Below are positions 51,358 to 61,777 of a stretch of DNA of 64,000 nt, in pieces (position 1 is the first letter of the stretch; every line of letters starts with the position of its first letter). Location of the stretch: positions 4,198-68,197 of the forward strand of contig JAQXAR010000014.1 of the NCBI GenBank assembly GCA_029252805.1, read 5' to 3'. A program made the position numbers and the translations under genes. Below the pieces are notes generated by a model. The model was not told where the DNA came from and ran no database searches. It was given only the letters and a program-made list of their open reading frames with translations. This DNA comes from Rickettsiales bacterium (GTDB lineage: Bacteria; Pseudomonadota; Alphaproteobacteria; Rickettsiales; JALZUV01).

Positions 51358-52424
51358 GCAGCGGTTTTAGCGCCAGATGACGCTTGAAACAACAGGCTTT
51401 GTAAGACTTGTTTCTTATCGTAATTACCGCCGGTCGTTTGCGGCCACCATTGAGCGGCTTCTTGCCACACATCCAGCCAATGCTCCGCATCGTAACGTTG
51501 CACGAGAGCCGGAATTGTTTCTTCCTCACGCGGCAGCAATTCTAGCTGCCCTTGCGCGTAAAGCGATAAGCGATGTAGCACACATAACAGCAGGTCACCC
51601 GCCATCTGCCATGCTTCTGGCTCAAGTTTTGCAAATTTCGTTGCTAGGCTTTGGATGGCAGCACTGTCAGAATCCACAAGTAACTCTAACCACTCGTAAT
51701 AGATATTTTCTGCCTCAAACTTCAAATAACGATCCCACTGCCCAGCCGAGATCGGCGCGAGCTGCATCAACCATTCTTGTTGTTCTAGCGAGACGTTTAC
51801 TTTTTGATTTGCTAAAATCTCGACGACTTGCTGTGTGGTTGGAGGCTGAAGCCTCACCTCACGACAGCGTGAACGTGTGGTGGGTAACAGCCTATCCGGT
51901 TGATGCGTAATCAGCATAAGTACCGTTTTCTCCGGTGGCTCTTCAAGAACTTTCAACAATGCATTTTCGGCATTGCGATTGAGGCCATCTGCGGGGTCAA
52001 CAATCACCACACGCCAGCCAGCCTCAGACGTACTAAGATGCATAAACCCAATCACATCACGCACTTGATCAATATTGATCGTGGTGAAAGACATCTTCTT
52101 TTTCTCATCACGCAATGGCTCTACGATTTTAATATTGCCGTGGCCGCCCGCCTCCATCCGCGCAATCGCAGAATGTTGCGGATCATAGCACAAACGTGCA
52201 GGGGCGTCCGTCGGCAGCTCCTCACCAAACAAACCGCCAGTGTCTTCTGCTACAGCCTCGCCCGTTAGTAAACAGCGAGCGATCGTATCGGCCAAAGCAG
52301 CCTTACCGATCCCACGCGGGCCTGAAAGGAGAATCGCATGCGGAAGCTTCCCCTGCTTCATCAGACCGGCAAGTTGCGCCTGCGCATCTTCATGACCTAT
52401 GATGGGTGATATTTTCTCACTCAT
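51354..52424 (-). CDS. holB: DNA polymerase III subunit delta'
   Basis: 'LLSGPRGIGKAALA' P-loop-like motif and 'TTRSRCR'. Conserved tmk-holB-metG order with 4 nt overlaps on both sides. Confidence 0.85.
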   Translation of the reverse strand: MSEKISPIIGHEDAQAQLAGLMKQGKLPHAILLSGPRGIGKAALADTIARCLLTGEAVAEDTGGLFGEELPTDAPARLCYDPQHSAIARMEAGGHGNIKIVEPLRDEKKKMSFTTINIDQVRDVIGFMHLSTSEAGWRVVIVDPADGLNRNAENALLKVLEEPPEKTVLMLITHQPDRLLPTTRSRCREVRLQPPTTQQVVEILANQKVNVSLEQQEWLMQLAPISAGQWDRYLKFEAENIYYEWLELLVDSDSAAIQSLATKFAKLEPEAWQMAGDLLLCVLHRLSLYAQGQLELLPREEETIPALVQRYDAEHWLDVWQEAAQWWPQTTGGNYDKKQVLQSLLFQASSGAKTAA

Positions 52425-53038
52425 AATACTGCCTCCAACACTTGTGCTTGCACCTGATCAATCGTTTGCGTCGCATCGATCGTGCTGAAATGCTCCGCTT
52501 GTGCAAGTTTTAAAAAGCCTTCACGTAATTTTTGGTGAAAACTTATCGCTAACTTTTCGAATCTATCTTCGCCTTCGGCACGGCTTGCGGCACGCGCTAA
52601 ACCCTCTTGCGGAGAAATATCGAGGAGTACGGTTTTATCCGGTGCAAAATCCGGCAAGAGCTGTTGTTGCAAATTCTGCAAATACTCAATCCCCAAACCC
52701 TTACCAACCCCTTGATACACTAAGGTTGAATCCGTAAAACGGTCACAGATCACCCACTGCCCTGCCGCCAGTGCGGGTTTGATTTTCTCCTGCACATGCT
52801 GCACTCGTGCGGCTAAAAACAATAATGTCTCAGCCAATGGATTCCAGTCTTCTTGCGTCGATTGCGCTTCCACCAAGAGCGGGCGAATACGCTCTGCCAA
52901 CGGCGTACCACCGGGTTCACGCGTGACAATATGCTCGATACCCCGCTCCGTAAGCGCTCCAGAAAGCAGCTTAACCTGCGTGGACTTTCCGCACCCCTCC
53001 CCGCCTTCAAAACTGATAAATCGGCCGCGATCTGGCAT
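52421..53038 (-). CDS. tmk: Thymidylate kinase
   Basis: 'FISFEGGEGCGKSTQ' P-loop and 'DRFTDSTLVYQG'. Confidence 0.94.
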   Translation of the reverse strand: MPDRGRFISFEGGEGCGKSTQVKLLSGALTERGIEHIVTREPGGTPLAERIRPLLVEAQSTQEDWNPLAETLLFLAARVQHVQEKIKPALAAGQWVICDRFTDSTLVYQGVGKGLGIEYLQNLQQQLLPDFAPDKTVLLDISPQEGLARAASRAEGEDRFEKLAISFHQKLREGFLKLAQAEHFSTIDATQTIDQVQAQVLEAVL

Positions 53039-54147
53039 TATTTTTCTCCAAATAAACGATAGCGCAAGGTTGGCAATAATCGCTCTAGCAGCGATTGTTT
53101 CGCAACTGATTCTGTCGCCACAAGAGGCAAATTAATCGGCTCCATGCCTTTTGCCTCAAACTTCAAGACACCAAGTTTTTGTCCTTTTTGCACCGGCGCA
53201 ATAACCGGTTCGACAAAGTTAGCACTCATTTTTACGTCTGATTTATCATATTTTGGTAGGGTAATTAACAAAGGTTTTTCAACTTTTAAACCCACCGTCT
53301 CTTGCGAACCGTACCATATTTTCGCTTCTTCCAATGCCTTGCCTTTGGCAAAAAGCTGCACTGCTTCAAACTGTTTAAAGCCGTAGGTCAGCAACTCGCG
53401 CGAGGCGGAAATACGTCCCTTTTTACTATCCAAGCCATTTACAACACTGATGAGGCGGCGCCCTGCCATCTCGCCGGATGTGGCAATACCGTAACCTGCA
53501 GCATCCGTATGGCCGGTTTTGATGCCATCCACCCCGAGCTCGCCCAGCAGAGCATTGCGATTTGGTTGCGTAATATCGGAATAGGTAAATTCTTTCTCGC
53601 CCCAATAATGATAGCTATTTGGAAAGTCGCGAATCAGCGCTTCAGCCAATTTTACCAAATCACGCGAGGTCATGTAATGTTGTGGATCCGGCCAGCCCGT
53701 TGCATTCGCGAAGTGACTTCCCGTTAGCCCTAATTGACGCGCTTTGACATTCATAATTTCCGCAAACGCTTTTTCCGTTCCGGCAATACCTTCTGCCACG
53801 ACGATACAGGCATCGTTACCGGATTGGATGATGATCCCACGCAGCAAATCTTGCACCGTAATCTTCTCACCCAGCTTGACGAACATTTTAGAGCCGCCTT
53901 TTTTCCATGATTTTTCAGAAACATGGAAGGTATCAGTCAATTTTAATTCGCCCGACTTTAGCTTCTCCAGCACGATATAAACCGTCATCATCTTACTCAT
54001 GGATGAGGGGCCCATACGCTTATCTGCATCTTTGCTAAACAAGATCGTGCTGGTCGTTGCATCATAGAGCATCGCTTGTTTAGCAGGCGTTTCAAACCCC
54101 GCTTGCGCGCTAAAGGACAGGAGTAAAAAAGCTAATAGAAACTTCAT
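53038..54147 (-). CDS. dacC: D-alanyl-D-alanine carboxypeptidase (S11, PBP5/6 type)
   Basis: 'SMSKMMT' (SxxK), 'SGND' and 'KTGHT' motifs, plus a signal peptide. Confidence 0.9.
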   Translation of the reverse strand: MKFLLAFLLLSFSAQAGFETPAKQAMLYDATTSTILFSKDADKRMGPSSMSKMMTVYIVLEKLKSGELKLTDTFHVSEKSWKKGGSKMFVKLGEKITVQDLLRGIIIQSGNDACIVVAEGIAGTEKAFAEIMNVKARQLGLTGSHFANATGWPDPQHYMTSRDLVKLAEALIRDFPNSYHYWGEKEFTYSDITQPNRNALLGELGVDGIKTGHTDAAGYGIATSGEMAGRRLISVVNGLDSKKGRISASRELLTYGFKQFEAVQLFAKGKALEEAKIWYGSQETVGLKVEKPLLITLPKYDKSDVKMSANFVEPVIAPVQKGQKLGVLKFEAKGMEPINLPLVATESVAKQSLLERLLPTLRYRLFGEK

Positions 54148-55052
54148 TGTTTAATCACTTTCGCATCGCTAATGCCAAAACGGTTTTTCAACTGCGATAG
54201 CAAGCCGAATTGGCTCGTTTTATTTGAAGTAGGCTTAAGAAGCACACGGTAATAAGGTTGCCCTTTTACCGCAATTTCTTGCACTAACGGTTTTCCCAGA
54301 GAACTCAACTTACTCATCATATTTTGCGCATTAACGGTGTCCGCATAAGACGCCACCTGTACCAACCAAGGGGCTTGATAAGACTTCACCTCTTTAGGCG
54401 TAATATCAGGCAATGAAGCAATTGAAACCGATTTCATCGGCGCTGACGTTCGCTTACCGACACGCTCGATAGCAATCGACTTTATATCCTGCACAATCGG
54501 TTTAGCTTTCGCGATCATCATGCCGTTATATGCGCTGAACCCCTCGGAATATTTGAGTTCATCCCCACGCTTACCGCAGCTTTTCATATATTCTTCTGTT
54601 TCGGCCTGCAGATACGTCACCTTTACTTTGGCCACGCCATGCTCAATCACGCCAAGTTTCTTAGAAGCCGCTTTCGAGAGATCAATAATACGCCCCGGGT
54701 GAAATGGCCCGCGGTCATTCACACGCAGGTTCATCGCACGGCCATTTTCCAAATTCGTCACACGAACGATCGATGGCATCGGCAAAGTCGTATGCGCTGC
54801 TGTCCACGCATTTTGGTCATAACGCTCACCTGTCGCAGTTTTGCGACCATGGAATCCTGGGCCATACCAGCTTGCAATACCGGTTTGCTCATAGGTAGGA
54901 TCGTAACGCGGCGAATACCATTTCCCCATAATTTTATAAGGCTTACCGACTTTCGCTTTATAAGGTACTTTCGGGTAATGCGAGACATCCTCAGGGCCGC
55001 TCGTACAAGCAGCAAGGGTCATCGCGAGAATTGAGACTAATATAATTTTCAT
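54144..55052 (-). CDS. rlpA: Septal ring lytic transglycosylase RlpA (DPBB + SPOR lipoprotein)
   Basis: Lipobox 'LAACT'. DPBB region 'GIASWYGPGFHGRKTATGERYD...VNDRGPF'. C-terminal SPOR 'WLVQVASYAD...YYRVLLKP'. Confidence 0.87.
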   Translation of the reverse strand: MKIILVSILAMTLAACTSGPEDVSHYPKVPYKAKVGKPYKIMGKWYSPRYDPTYEQTGIASWYGPGFHGRKTATGERYDQNAWTAAHTTLPMPSIVRVTNLENGRAMNLRVNDRGPFHPGRIIDLSKAASKKLGVIEHGVAKVKVTYLQAETEEYMKSCGKRGDELKYSEGFSAYNGMMIAKAKPIVQDIKSIAIERVGKRTSAPMKSVSIASLPDITPKEVKSYQAPWLVQVASYADTVNAQNMMSKLSSLGKPLVQEIAVKGQPYYRVLLKPTSNKTSQFGLLSQLKNRFGISDAKVIKQ

Positions 55053-55053
55053 T

Positions 55054-56016
55054 TTAACGTCCTATTGCATCAGCCAACGTACCGACAGCAGTCGCGAAAT
55101 ACGTTGAACGGTTCCATTTCATAATCACATCGTAATTGCCGTAAGTGATGTACGATTCCTCGCCATCCTTACCGGGATAGACCACACTTGCACGCACATC
55201 ACGCGCCGGCAAAGATGAGCCATCAGCCTTGGTGACACCCATGCGCGCCCAATAGCTCAACGGCTTTTTGATTTTACGAGAGGCGAGCTTCTGATTAAAG
55301 CCACTCGGCAAGCGGACTTCACGCCCCCATGTCTCATCATCATTCCAGCCTGATTTACTGAGATATTTCGCGATTGAGGCGAATACATCGCCTTGCGTCG
55401 TCCAGATATCTTTACGGCCATCGCCATTATAATCATGCGCATAAGCAAGGAAGCTGCTCGGCATAAATTGCGATTGCCCCATTGCCCCTGCCCATGATCC
55501 TTTAAATTTCGCGAGCGGAATATGCCCGGCATCAACAATTTGTAATGCCTGCATCATTTCCTTACGGAAGAACTCGGCACGGCGGCCATCATAGGCCAAG
55601 GTTGCGAGTGCCGGAATGATATTAAAGCCGCCTGTATTGCCGCCATAATTGGTTTCAATCCCCCAAAGCGCAACGATAAAGCGAGGCTGCACGCCAAACT
55701 CAGCACCAATTTTATCGAGCAAGACTCTATGCTTACGGTACATTTTACGCCCTTGATTGACGCGCGAGGCTGGCACGACGCGCTTCATATATTGCGCAAA
55801 ACTAAGCGTCCCTTCAGGCTGCTTTCGATCTAAACGGATGATTTTTGCATTTGGCGTAAAGCCACGTAACGCCGCATTGACGGTGTTAGCGGAAATGCCT
55901 TTAGCGGCGGCATCGCGCTTAACGCCATCCAGCCACGATTCTACCGACTGAGTCGCTGCATTCGCGCATCCAGCCAACAAGATTGCAGATACTAGACTTA
56001 AAAAAAGAGTCCGCAT
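55054..56016 (-). CDS. mltB: Lytic murein transglycosylase (MltB family)
   Basis: Lipoprotein signal 'LLAGCA' from ATG 56016; the track ORF extends to 56100. 'WGIETNYG' and 'SWAGAMGQSQFMPSSF' are present. Confidence 0.86.
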   Translation of the reverse strand: MRTLFLSLVSAILLAGCANAATQSVESWLDGVKRDAAAKGISANTVNAALRGFTPNAKIIRLDRKQPEGTLSFAQYMKRVVPASRVNQGRKMYRKHRVLLDKIGAEFGVQPRFIVALWGIETNYGGNTGGFNIIPALATLAYDGRRAEFFRKEMMQALQIVDAGHIPLAKFKGSWAGAMGQSQFMPSSFLAYAHDYNGDGRKDIWTTQGDVFASIAKYLSKSGWNDDETWGREVRLPSGFNQKLASRKIKKPLSYWARMGVTKADGSSLPARDVRASVVYPGKDGEESYITYGNYDVIMKWNRSTYFATAVGTLADAIGR

Positions 56017-56068
56017 GACACTCTCCCCACTGTTTTTTATTTTTATTATCGGGTAGTTGTAACCACCT

Positions 56069-57217
56069 ATGACACAAAAGGCAAAACCTGACTTCGCCAA
56101 TTACGGTATTACCCTCGCAAAAGTTGGGGATAATTGTGGCGACCTCCTATTAGCAGCCCATTCGGGTAATTTACATTTTGTCGGTGATGCCAATACGATT
56201 ACCGCCGCCAAGGCATTATTACCAGCGGGCGCAACAATTATGGAGTTCCCTGAGCCTCCCAAAGCTGATGATAAAACCGTTGAGCTGGTTCGCCAACACA
56301 CCGCCTCTGCAGATGTATTAATTGCCGTCGGTAGCGGTACATTGAACGACCTGTGCAAATATGCCAGCAGTCTTGAAAGCAAGCCTTACAGCGTCATTGC
56401 GACGGCACCTTCAATGAACGGTTATGTCTCTGGCAACGCCTCCATCACGGTTGACGGTTACAAAAAAACACTGACCGCCCACGCTCCCACCACGGTTATT
56501 TGTGATTTAGACATCCTAAACACCGCCCCTAAACGCCTCATACAAGCTGGGATTGGTGACACGCTCTGCCGCAGCACGGTGCAAGCTGATTGGCTATTAT
56601 CGCACCTCATATTAGATACACCTTACGAGCCCCTTTATTTCGAGTGGATGGCAGACTCTGAAAACCGCTTATTAGATAACCCAGATGATGACCGAGCGCT
56701 CATAGAAGCGCTGTTACTCTCCGGTATTGCCATGCGTGAGTGTGGCTCATCGGCCCCGGCATCGCAGGCAGAACATATGATCGCTCATACGATGGAAATG
56801 CTTCATCCCAACTTACCGCATAGTTATCATGGCGAGCATATTTCCATTACCAGCCTCACTATGGCGAAACGGCAGGAAGCACTCCTCGCCAAAAATTCCG
56901 TTAGCATTGGCGAATTAGATGGTTTCGGAAATTTACCGCTCTCGCTACACAAGCAAGCGCAGAAGCAGTTTTACGCGAAGCTACCCGATAGTGAAAAAGT
57001 CGCAACGCTGAGCACCAAGCTCGCCAACGAATGGCCAACTATTGCAGCAGAGATCCGCAAAGTTCTTTTACCTTCTGATCGTTTACAAGAAGTCCTTGAA
57101 ACAGCAGGCTGCCCTGTAAACTCCGAAGCCATTGGTTGGGCAGCAACAAAGTATCAAAATGCCATTACTCTTGCCCGCTTCACACGCGATCGCTTCACCT
57201 TCTTAGATTTAATCTGA
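56069..57217 (+). CDS. Iron-containing alcohol dehydrogenase superfamily, sn-glycerol-1-phosphate dehydrogenase (AraM/EgsA)-like
   Basis: 'AVGSGTLNDLCKYAS', 'APSMNGYVS', 'AGIGDTLCRSTVQADW', and His motifs 'AEHMIAHTME' and 'HGEHIS', in the order expected for G1PDH-like enzymes. Confidence 0.65.
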   Translation: MTQKAKPDFANYGITLAKVGDNCGDLLLAAHSGNLHFVGDANTITAAKALLPAGATIMEFPEPPKADDKTVELVRQHTASADVLIAVGSGTLNDLCKYASSLESKPYSVIATAPSMNGYVSGNASITVDGYKKTLTAHAPTTVICDLDILNTAPKRLIQAGIGDTLCRSTVQADWLLSHLILDTPYEPLYFEWMADSENRLLDNPDDDRALIEALLLSGIAMRECGSSAPASQAEHMIAHTMEMLHPNLPHSYHGEHISITSLTMAKRQEALLAKNSVSIGELDGFGNLPLSLHKQAQKQFYAKLPDSEKVATLSTKLANEWPTIAAEIRKVLLPSDRLQEVLETAGCPVNSEAIGWAATKYQNAITLARFTRDRFTFLDLI

Positions 57218-57231
57218 AACTTAGGGGTTAC

Positions 57232-57573
57232 CTAACGACGTGGCGGTAAGTTCATTCCTGAGTAAGGATTACTACACCCTTTAATACCGTAGATGTTTTG
57301 CAAATTCCCCAGACGCGCGTTCGTCGCAGCGATCGCATCTTGAGCACTCGAGCGCGTCCCTATATATCCTGGAGGCCATAGGAAGTCCGAAACATCCATC
57401 TCCTTTTTACTTTGCGCCACTTTATTCCAGAACTCCGCATCATTCATTTCCAGCAACAACTGCTGACAACTAAGATGTTTATCCGTATCTTTCCATGGTG
57501 GAGCGCCCTTAGGTACATTTTCACCACATGCAGTCAGCAAGACAAGAGTAATAAGTGTATAAATTATATTCAT
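57232..57573 (-). CDS. Hypothetical small lipoprotein
   Basis: Lipobox 'LLTAC' after a hydrophobic leader. No family recognised. Confidence 0.5.
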   Translation of the reverse strand: MNIIYTLITLVLLTACGENVPKGAPPWKDTDKHLSCQQLLLEMNDAEFWNKVAQSKKEMDVSDFLWPPGYIGTRSSAQDAIAATNARLGNLQNIYGIKGCSNPYSGMNLPPRR

Positions 57574-57657
57574 GCCTTCTATGTAACCTCTCTTATTCTA
57601 AATTCAATCCCTAACTTGCGTATTGCGCAGAGAGACGAAACTCTTTAAATCAATCTC

Positions 57658-60303
57658 ATGCCTACGATGAATGATGTTCGTGCTCAGTTCTTGAGCTATT
57701 TTGAGAAGCAGGATCACTTGCTTCTGCCTTCCGCCCCCCTCGTGCCGCAGTCAGACCCGACTCTGATGTTTACGGCCGCAGGAATGGTGCCGTTTAAAAA
57801 CATCTTTACGGGCTTAGAAAAACCACCTGCACCCCGCGTCACAAGCAGTCAAAAATGTGTGCGCGCCGGCGGAAAGCATAATGACCTTGATAATGTAGGC
57901 TATACGGCCCGCCATCATACGTTCTTTGAAATGCTCGGAAATTTTTCCTTCGGGGATTATTTTAAAGAGGAAGCGATCCATTATTGCTGGGACCTAACCA
58001 CCAATGTCTTCGGCCTCGATAAAAGTAAAATGCTCGTCACCGTTTACCATACGGATGATGAAGCCATTAACTTATGGAAAAAGATTGCTGGCTTATCCGA
58101 CGATCGCATCATCAAAATCGCGACCAAAGATAATTTTTGGCAAGCAGGTGATACCGGCCCTTGCGGCCCATGTTCGGAGCTTTTCTACGACCATGGCGAT
58201 CACATCCCAGGCGGCCCTCCAGGCAGCCCTGATGAAGATGGTGATCGTTTCATCGAAATATGGAATCTCGTTTTCATGCAATATAATCGCCAAGCCGATG
58301 GTGTGGATAATCCACTGCCTAAACCTTCAATTGATACAGGCATGGGCCTCGAGCGAATCACCGCCCTACTCCAAGGCAAGCACGATAATTATGAAACAGA
58401 TTTATTCCTCAACCTCATCGCTGCATCGGAAGAACTCACTTCAGTTAAAGCGCAAGGCGACCAACTTGCCAGCCATCGTGTGATTGCCGATCACTTACGT
58501 ACGAGCTGTTTCTTGATGGCGGATGGGGTATTACCAAGCAACGAGGGCCGGGGCTATGTACTTCGCCGCATCATGCGCCGTGCTATGCGTCATGCGCATA
58601 TTTTGGGAGCAAAAGAGCCGCTAATGCACCGCCTTGTGCCTAACTTGATTAACGAAATGGGTGTTTCTTACCCCGAACTTGGCCGCGCACAAGCGACCAT
58701 CACTGAAAACCTTCGCCTAGAAGAAGAACGATTCCGCGAAACATTAGGCCGAGGCTTGAAACTTCTGGAAGAAGAAACGACCAGCCTTTCAAAAGGCGAT
58801 AAACTTGCAGGCAGTGCCGCCTTCAAACTTTACGATACATACGGTTTCCCTATCGATCTAACCCAAGATATTTTACGTGGCCAAGGCATGAGCGTTGATA
58901 CGGATGGTTTTGATTCGGCGATGGCAGAGCAGAAAGCTCGCGCGCGTGCTGCATGGAAAGGCTCCGGCGATACGAGCACTCAAGAAATTTGGCTCGAACT
59001 GCGCGACGAACATGGCGCAACGGAATTCCTCGGTTACGATACGGAATCTGCCGCCGGTCAGCTCATCGCTATCGTCAAAGATGGCGTGGCAGTTGATCGC
59101 GCAAGCAAAGGCGATGAAATCGCCCTACTCTTCAACCAAACACCCTTTTACGGTGAATCCGGTGGCCAGCAAGGTGACCAAGGCGAAATCTATAAACAAA
59201 GCACATTGCTCGGCAAGGTCTCCGATACGAGTAAACCGACGGGTAGCCTGCACGTGCATCACACCAAACTCCTTGGTGATATTGCATTAGAAGATGCTTT
59301 GGAACTGAAGGTGAATACAGAACGTCGCACTAAATTACGCGCGAATCACTCGGCCACTCACCTGCTAAATGCGGCACTTCGTCAAGTGCTTGGCGATCAC
59401 GTTTCGCAAAAAGGCTCAGATGTGGCTGAAGATAAACTCCGTTTTGATATTAGCCATCCCAAAGCCCTCACCGCTGACGAAATCGCGCAAACAGAAACGC
59501 TCGTCAATCAGCAAATTTGGGCCAATAAACCGACCAGCACGAAGTTGATGAATACGGATGACGCAATCACAGCCGGTGCTACCGCAATGTTCGGCGAGAA
59601 ATACGGCGATGAAGTTCGCGTTGTCGCAATGGGCATCGAAGATTATTCCGTAGAACTTTGCGGTGGCACGCATGTAACTCGCACGGGCGATATTGGCTTA
59701 CTCAAAATCACTTCTGAAGGCGCCCTAGCCTCAGGTGTTCGTCGCCTTGAGGCGGTCACACGCGATACAGCATTTGCTTGGTTTAATGCGCGCAATAACT
59801 CACTCATGCAATTATCAGATACCGCAAAAACTCCTATTCCTGAACTACCAGAGAAACTCGAATCTCTAATGACTGAACGTAAGAGGATCGAGAAAGAACT
59901 CGGCGAAGCCAAACGCAAACTCGCACTAAGTGGCGGCAGCGCTGGCGTTGGCGCGAAAGAAGAGAAAATCGGCACGATCGATTTCGCTTACCAAGCATTT
60001 GAAGGCATCAACCCGAAAGACTTACGCAGCCTCGCCACTGAGATCATGGCAAAACATAATGCAGATATTGTCGCGGTTGCGAGTAACTTTGAAGGTAAAG
60101 CAGCCATCGTCGTCGCCGCCTCCAAAGAATCTGGCATTGATAGCGCAGCGCTTGTACGCGTCGCCACACCCGCTGTTGGTGGTCAAGGTGGCGGCGGGCG
60201 TCCAGAAATGGCCCAAGCTGGCGGCCCTGATGGCGATAAAGTCTCAGAGGCTCTCGAAGCCATTAAACACGAATTAACCAAAAACAATGAGAATGCAGCG
60301 TAA
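57658..60303 (+). CDS. alaS: Alanine--tRNA ligase
   Basis: '[10 protein letters not shown]', '[15 protein letters not shown]', the editing-domain motifs 'HSATHLL' and 'ELCGGTHV', and a C-terminal DHHA1 '[13 protein letters not shown]'. Confidence 0.97.
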   Translation: MPTMNDVRAQFLSYFEKQDHLLLPSAPLVPQSDPTLMFTAAGMVPFKNIFTGLEKPPAPRVTSSQKCVRAGGKHNDLDNVGYTARHHTFFEMLGNFSFGDYFKEEAIHYCWDLTTNVFGLDKSKMLVTVYHTDDEAINLWKKIAGLSDDRIIKIATKDNFWQAGDTGPCGPCSELFYDHGDHIPGGPPGSPDEDGDRFIEIWNLVFMQYNRQADGVDNPLPKPSIDTGMGLERITALLQGKHDNYETDLFLNLIAASEELTSVKAQGDQLASHRVIADHLRTSCFLMADGVLPSNEGRGYVLRRIMRRAMRHAHILGAKEPLMHRLVPNLINEMGVSYPELGRAQATITENLRLEEERFRETLGRGLKLLEEETTSLSKGDKLAGSAAFKLYDTYGFPIDLTQDILRGQGMSVDTDGFDSAMAEQKARARAAWKGSGDTSTQEIWLELRDEHGATEFLGYDTESAAGQLIAIVKDGVAVDRASKGDEIALLFNQTPFYGESGGQQGDQGEIYKQSTLLGKVSDTSKPTGSLHVHHTKLLGDIALEDALELKVNTERRTKLRANHSATHLLNAALRQVLGDHVSQKGSDVAEDKLRFDISHPKALTADEIAQTETLVNQQIWANKPTSTKLMNTDDAITAGATAMFGEKYGDEVRVVAMGIEDYSVELCGGTHVTRTGDIGLLKITSEGALASGVRRLEAVTRDTAFAWFNARNNSLMQLSDTAKTPIPELPEKLESLMTERKRIEKELGEAKRKLALSGGSAGVGAKEEKIGTIDFAYQAFEGINPKDLRSLATEIMAKHNADIVAVASNFEGKAAIVVAASKESGIDSAALVRVATPAVGGQGGGGRPEMAQAGGPDGDKVSEALEAIKHELTKNNENAA

Positions 60304-60325
60304 TAAACGCTAACGGAGTAGTATT

Positions 60326-61774
60326 ATGACAGAAGCAGTTCCAATCACCGTAGCCTACGGCGACGGTATCGGCCCAGAAATTATGGAAGCGGTTTTGCGC
60401 ATTCTGCAAAATGTAGAAGCAAAGCTGAAAATCGATGTAATTGAAGTCGGCGAGCAAGTTTACAAAACCGGCAACTCAACTGGTATCCCTTCAGAAGCAT
60501 GGGAATCTCTGCGCCGTAATAAAGTGCTCCTCAAATCCCCTATCACCACGCCTTTTGGCGGCGGTTATAAATCGCTTAACGTCACATTACGCAAAACACT
60601 CGGCCTTTATGCGAATATTCGCCCGTGTCAAAGTTACCATCCATTCATTAAAACGAAGCACCCTGAAATGGATTTGGTGATCGTACGTGAGAATGAAGAA
60701 GATCTTTATGCCGGTATCGAATACCGCCAAACGGCTGACACTGCCGTTGCTCTCAAGCTTATCACACGTAGTGGTTCTGAACGTATCATGCGCCACGCGT
60801 TTGATTATGCTGTACAGAATGACCGTAAAAAAGTGACCTGCATGGCCAAAGATAACATCATGAAAATTGCAGACGGTATCTTCACCCAAGCCTTCCGTGA
60901 TGTCGGCGCTGATTATTCGCAGATCGAGCAAGAGCCTTATATCATCGATATTGGTGCTGCACGTATTGCCGATGGCCCAGAGAATTTCGACGTGATCGTG
61001 ACCGAAAACCTCTATGGCGATATCATCTCCGATATTGCGGCGGAAATTTCGGGCTCTGTTGGGCTTGCTGGTTCTGCCAATCTCGGCAAAAACTTCGCGA
61101 TGTTTGAAGCCATTCATGGCTCTGCACCCGATATTGCAGGCAAGGGCCTCGCCAATCCGTCAGGCCTATTGCAAGGCGCTGTGATGATGCTCGTACATAT
61201 TGGACAGCCTGAAGCAGCGGCAAAAATCCGCAACGCATGGCTCAAGACGCTCGAAGATGGCATCCATACTGGCGACATTTATCAAGCAGGTGTCAGCACT
61301 GAAAAAGTGGGCACCGTTGGTTTTACCGATGCCGTGATTGAACGTTTAGGTCAAACGCCTAATACCTTCCCGGTTGTCAATTTTGGCGAAGCAAAGCCGC
61401 AAGAAAATAAACCGGTTCACGAAAAAGCAAAAGCGGAACTGACCGTGACGAATAAGAAACTCGTTGGCGTCGATGTATTTGTCGATTGGCTCGGCGATGT
61501 GGATGATTTGGGCAGTAAAACCTCTAGCGCTCAGACTGGACCGTTCTACCTTAAACTTATCTCATGCAAAGGCCTCAAAGTCTGGCCTGATCACGTACCC
61601 GGCATGAACCGCACCGACCTTTACCGCCTACGTTTAATGACCGATAATGGCGATATTACCGACGTTCCTGCTCTCCTGGCCGCATTGATTGATGCAGGCT
61701 TGGATGTAGGAAAGTTCGAATCTTTGATGGAATTTAACGGCGAACGTGTTTATTCACTCGCAGCAGGAGAATAA
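60326..61774 (+). CDS. icd: NADP-dependent isocitrate dehydrogenase (~480 aa form with C-terminal extension)
   Basis: Isocitrate/isopropylmalate dehydrogenase motifs 'NLYGDIISDIAAEISGSVGLAGSAN' and 'FEAIHGSAPDIAGKGLANP'. Confidence 0.9.
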   Translation: MTEAVPITVAYGDGIGPEIMEAVLRILQNVEAKLKIDVIEVGEQVYKTGNSTGIPSEAWESLRRNKVLLKSPITTPFGGGYKSLNVTLRKTLGLYANIRPCQSYHPFIKTKHPEMDLVIVRENEEDLYAGIEYRQTADTAVALKLITRSGSERIMRHAFDYAVQNDRKKVTCMAKDNIMKIADGIFTQAFRDVGADYSQIEQEPYIIDIGAARIADGPENFDVIVTENLYGDIISDIAAEISGSVGLAGSANLGKNFAMFEAIHGSAPDIAGKGLANPSGLLQGAVMMLVHIGQPEAAAKIRNAWLKTLEDGIHTGDIYQAGVSTEKVGTVGFTDAVIERLGQTPNTFPVVNFGEAKPQENKPVHEKAKAELTVTNKKLVGVDVFVDWLGDVDDLGSKTSSAQTGPFYLKLISCKGLKVWPDHVPGMNRTDLYRLRLMTDNGDITDVPALLAALIDAGLDVGKFESLMEFNGERVYSLAAGE

Positions 61775-61777
61775 TTT

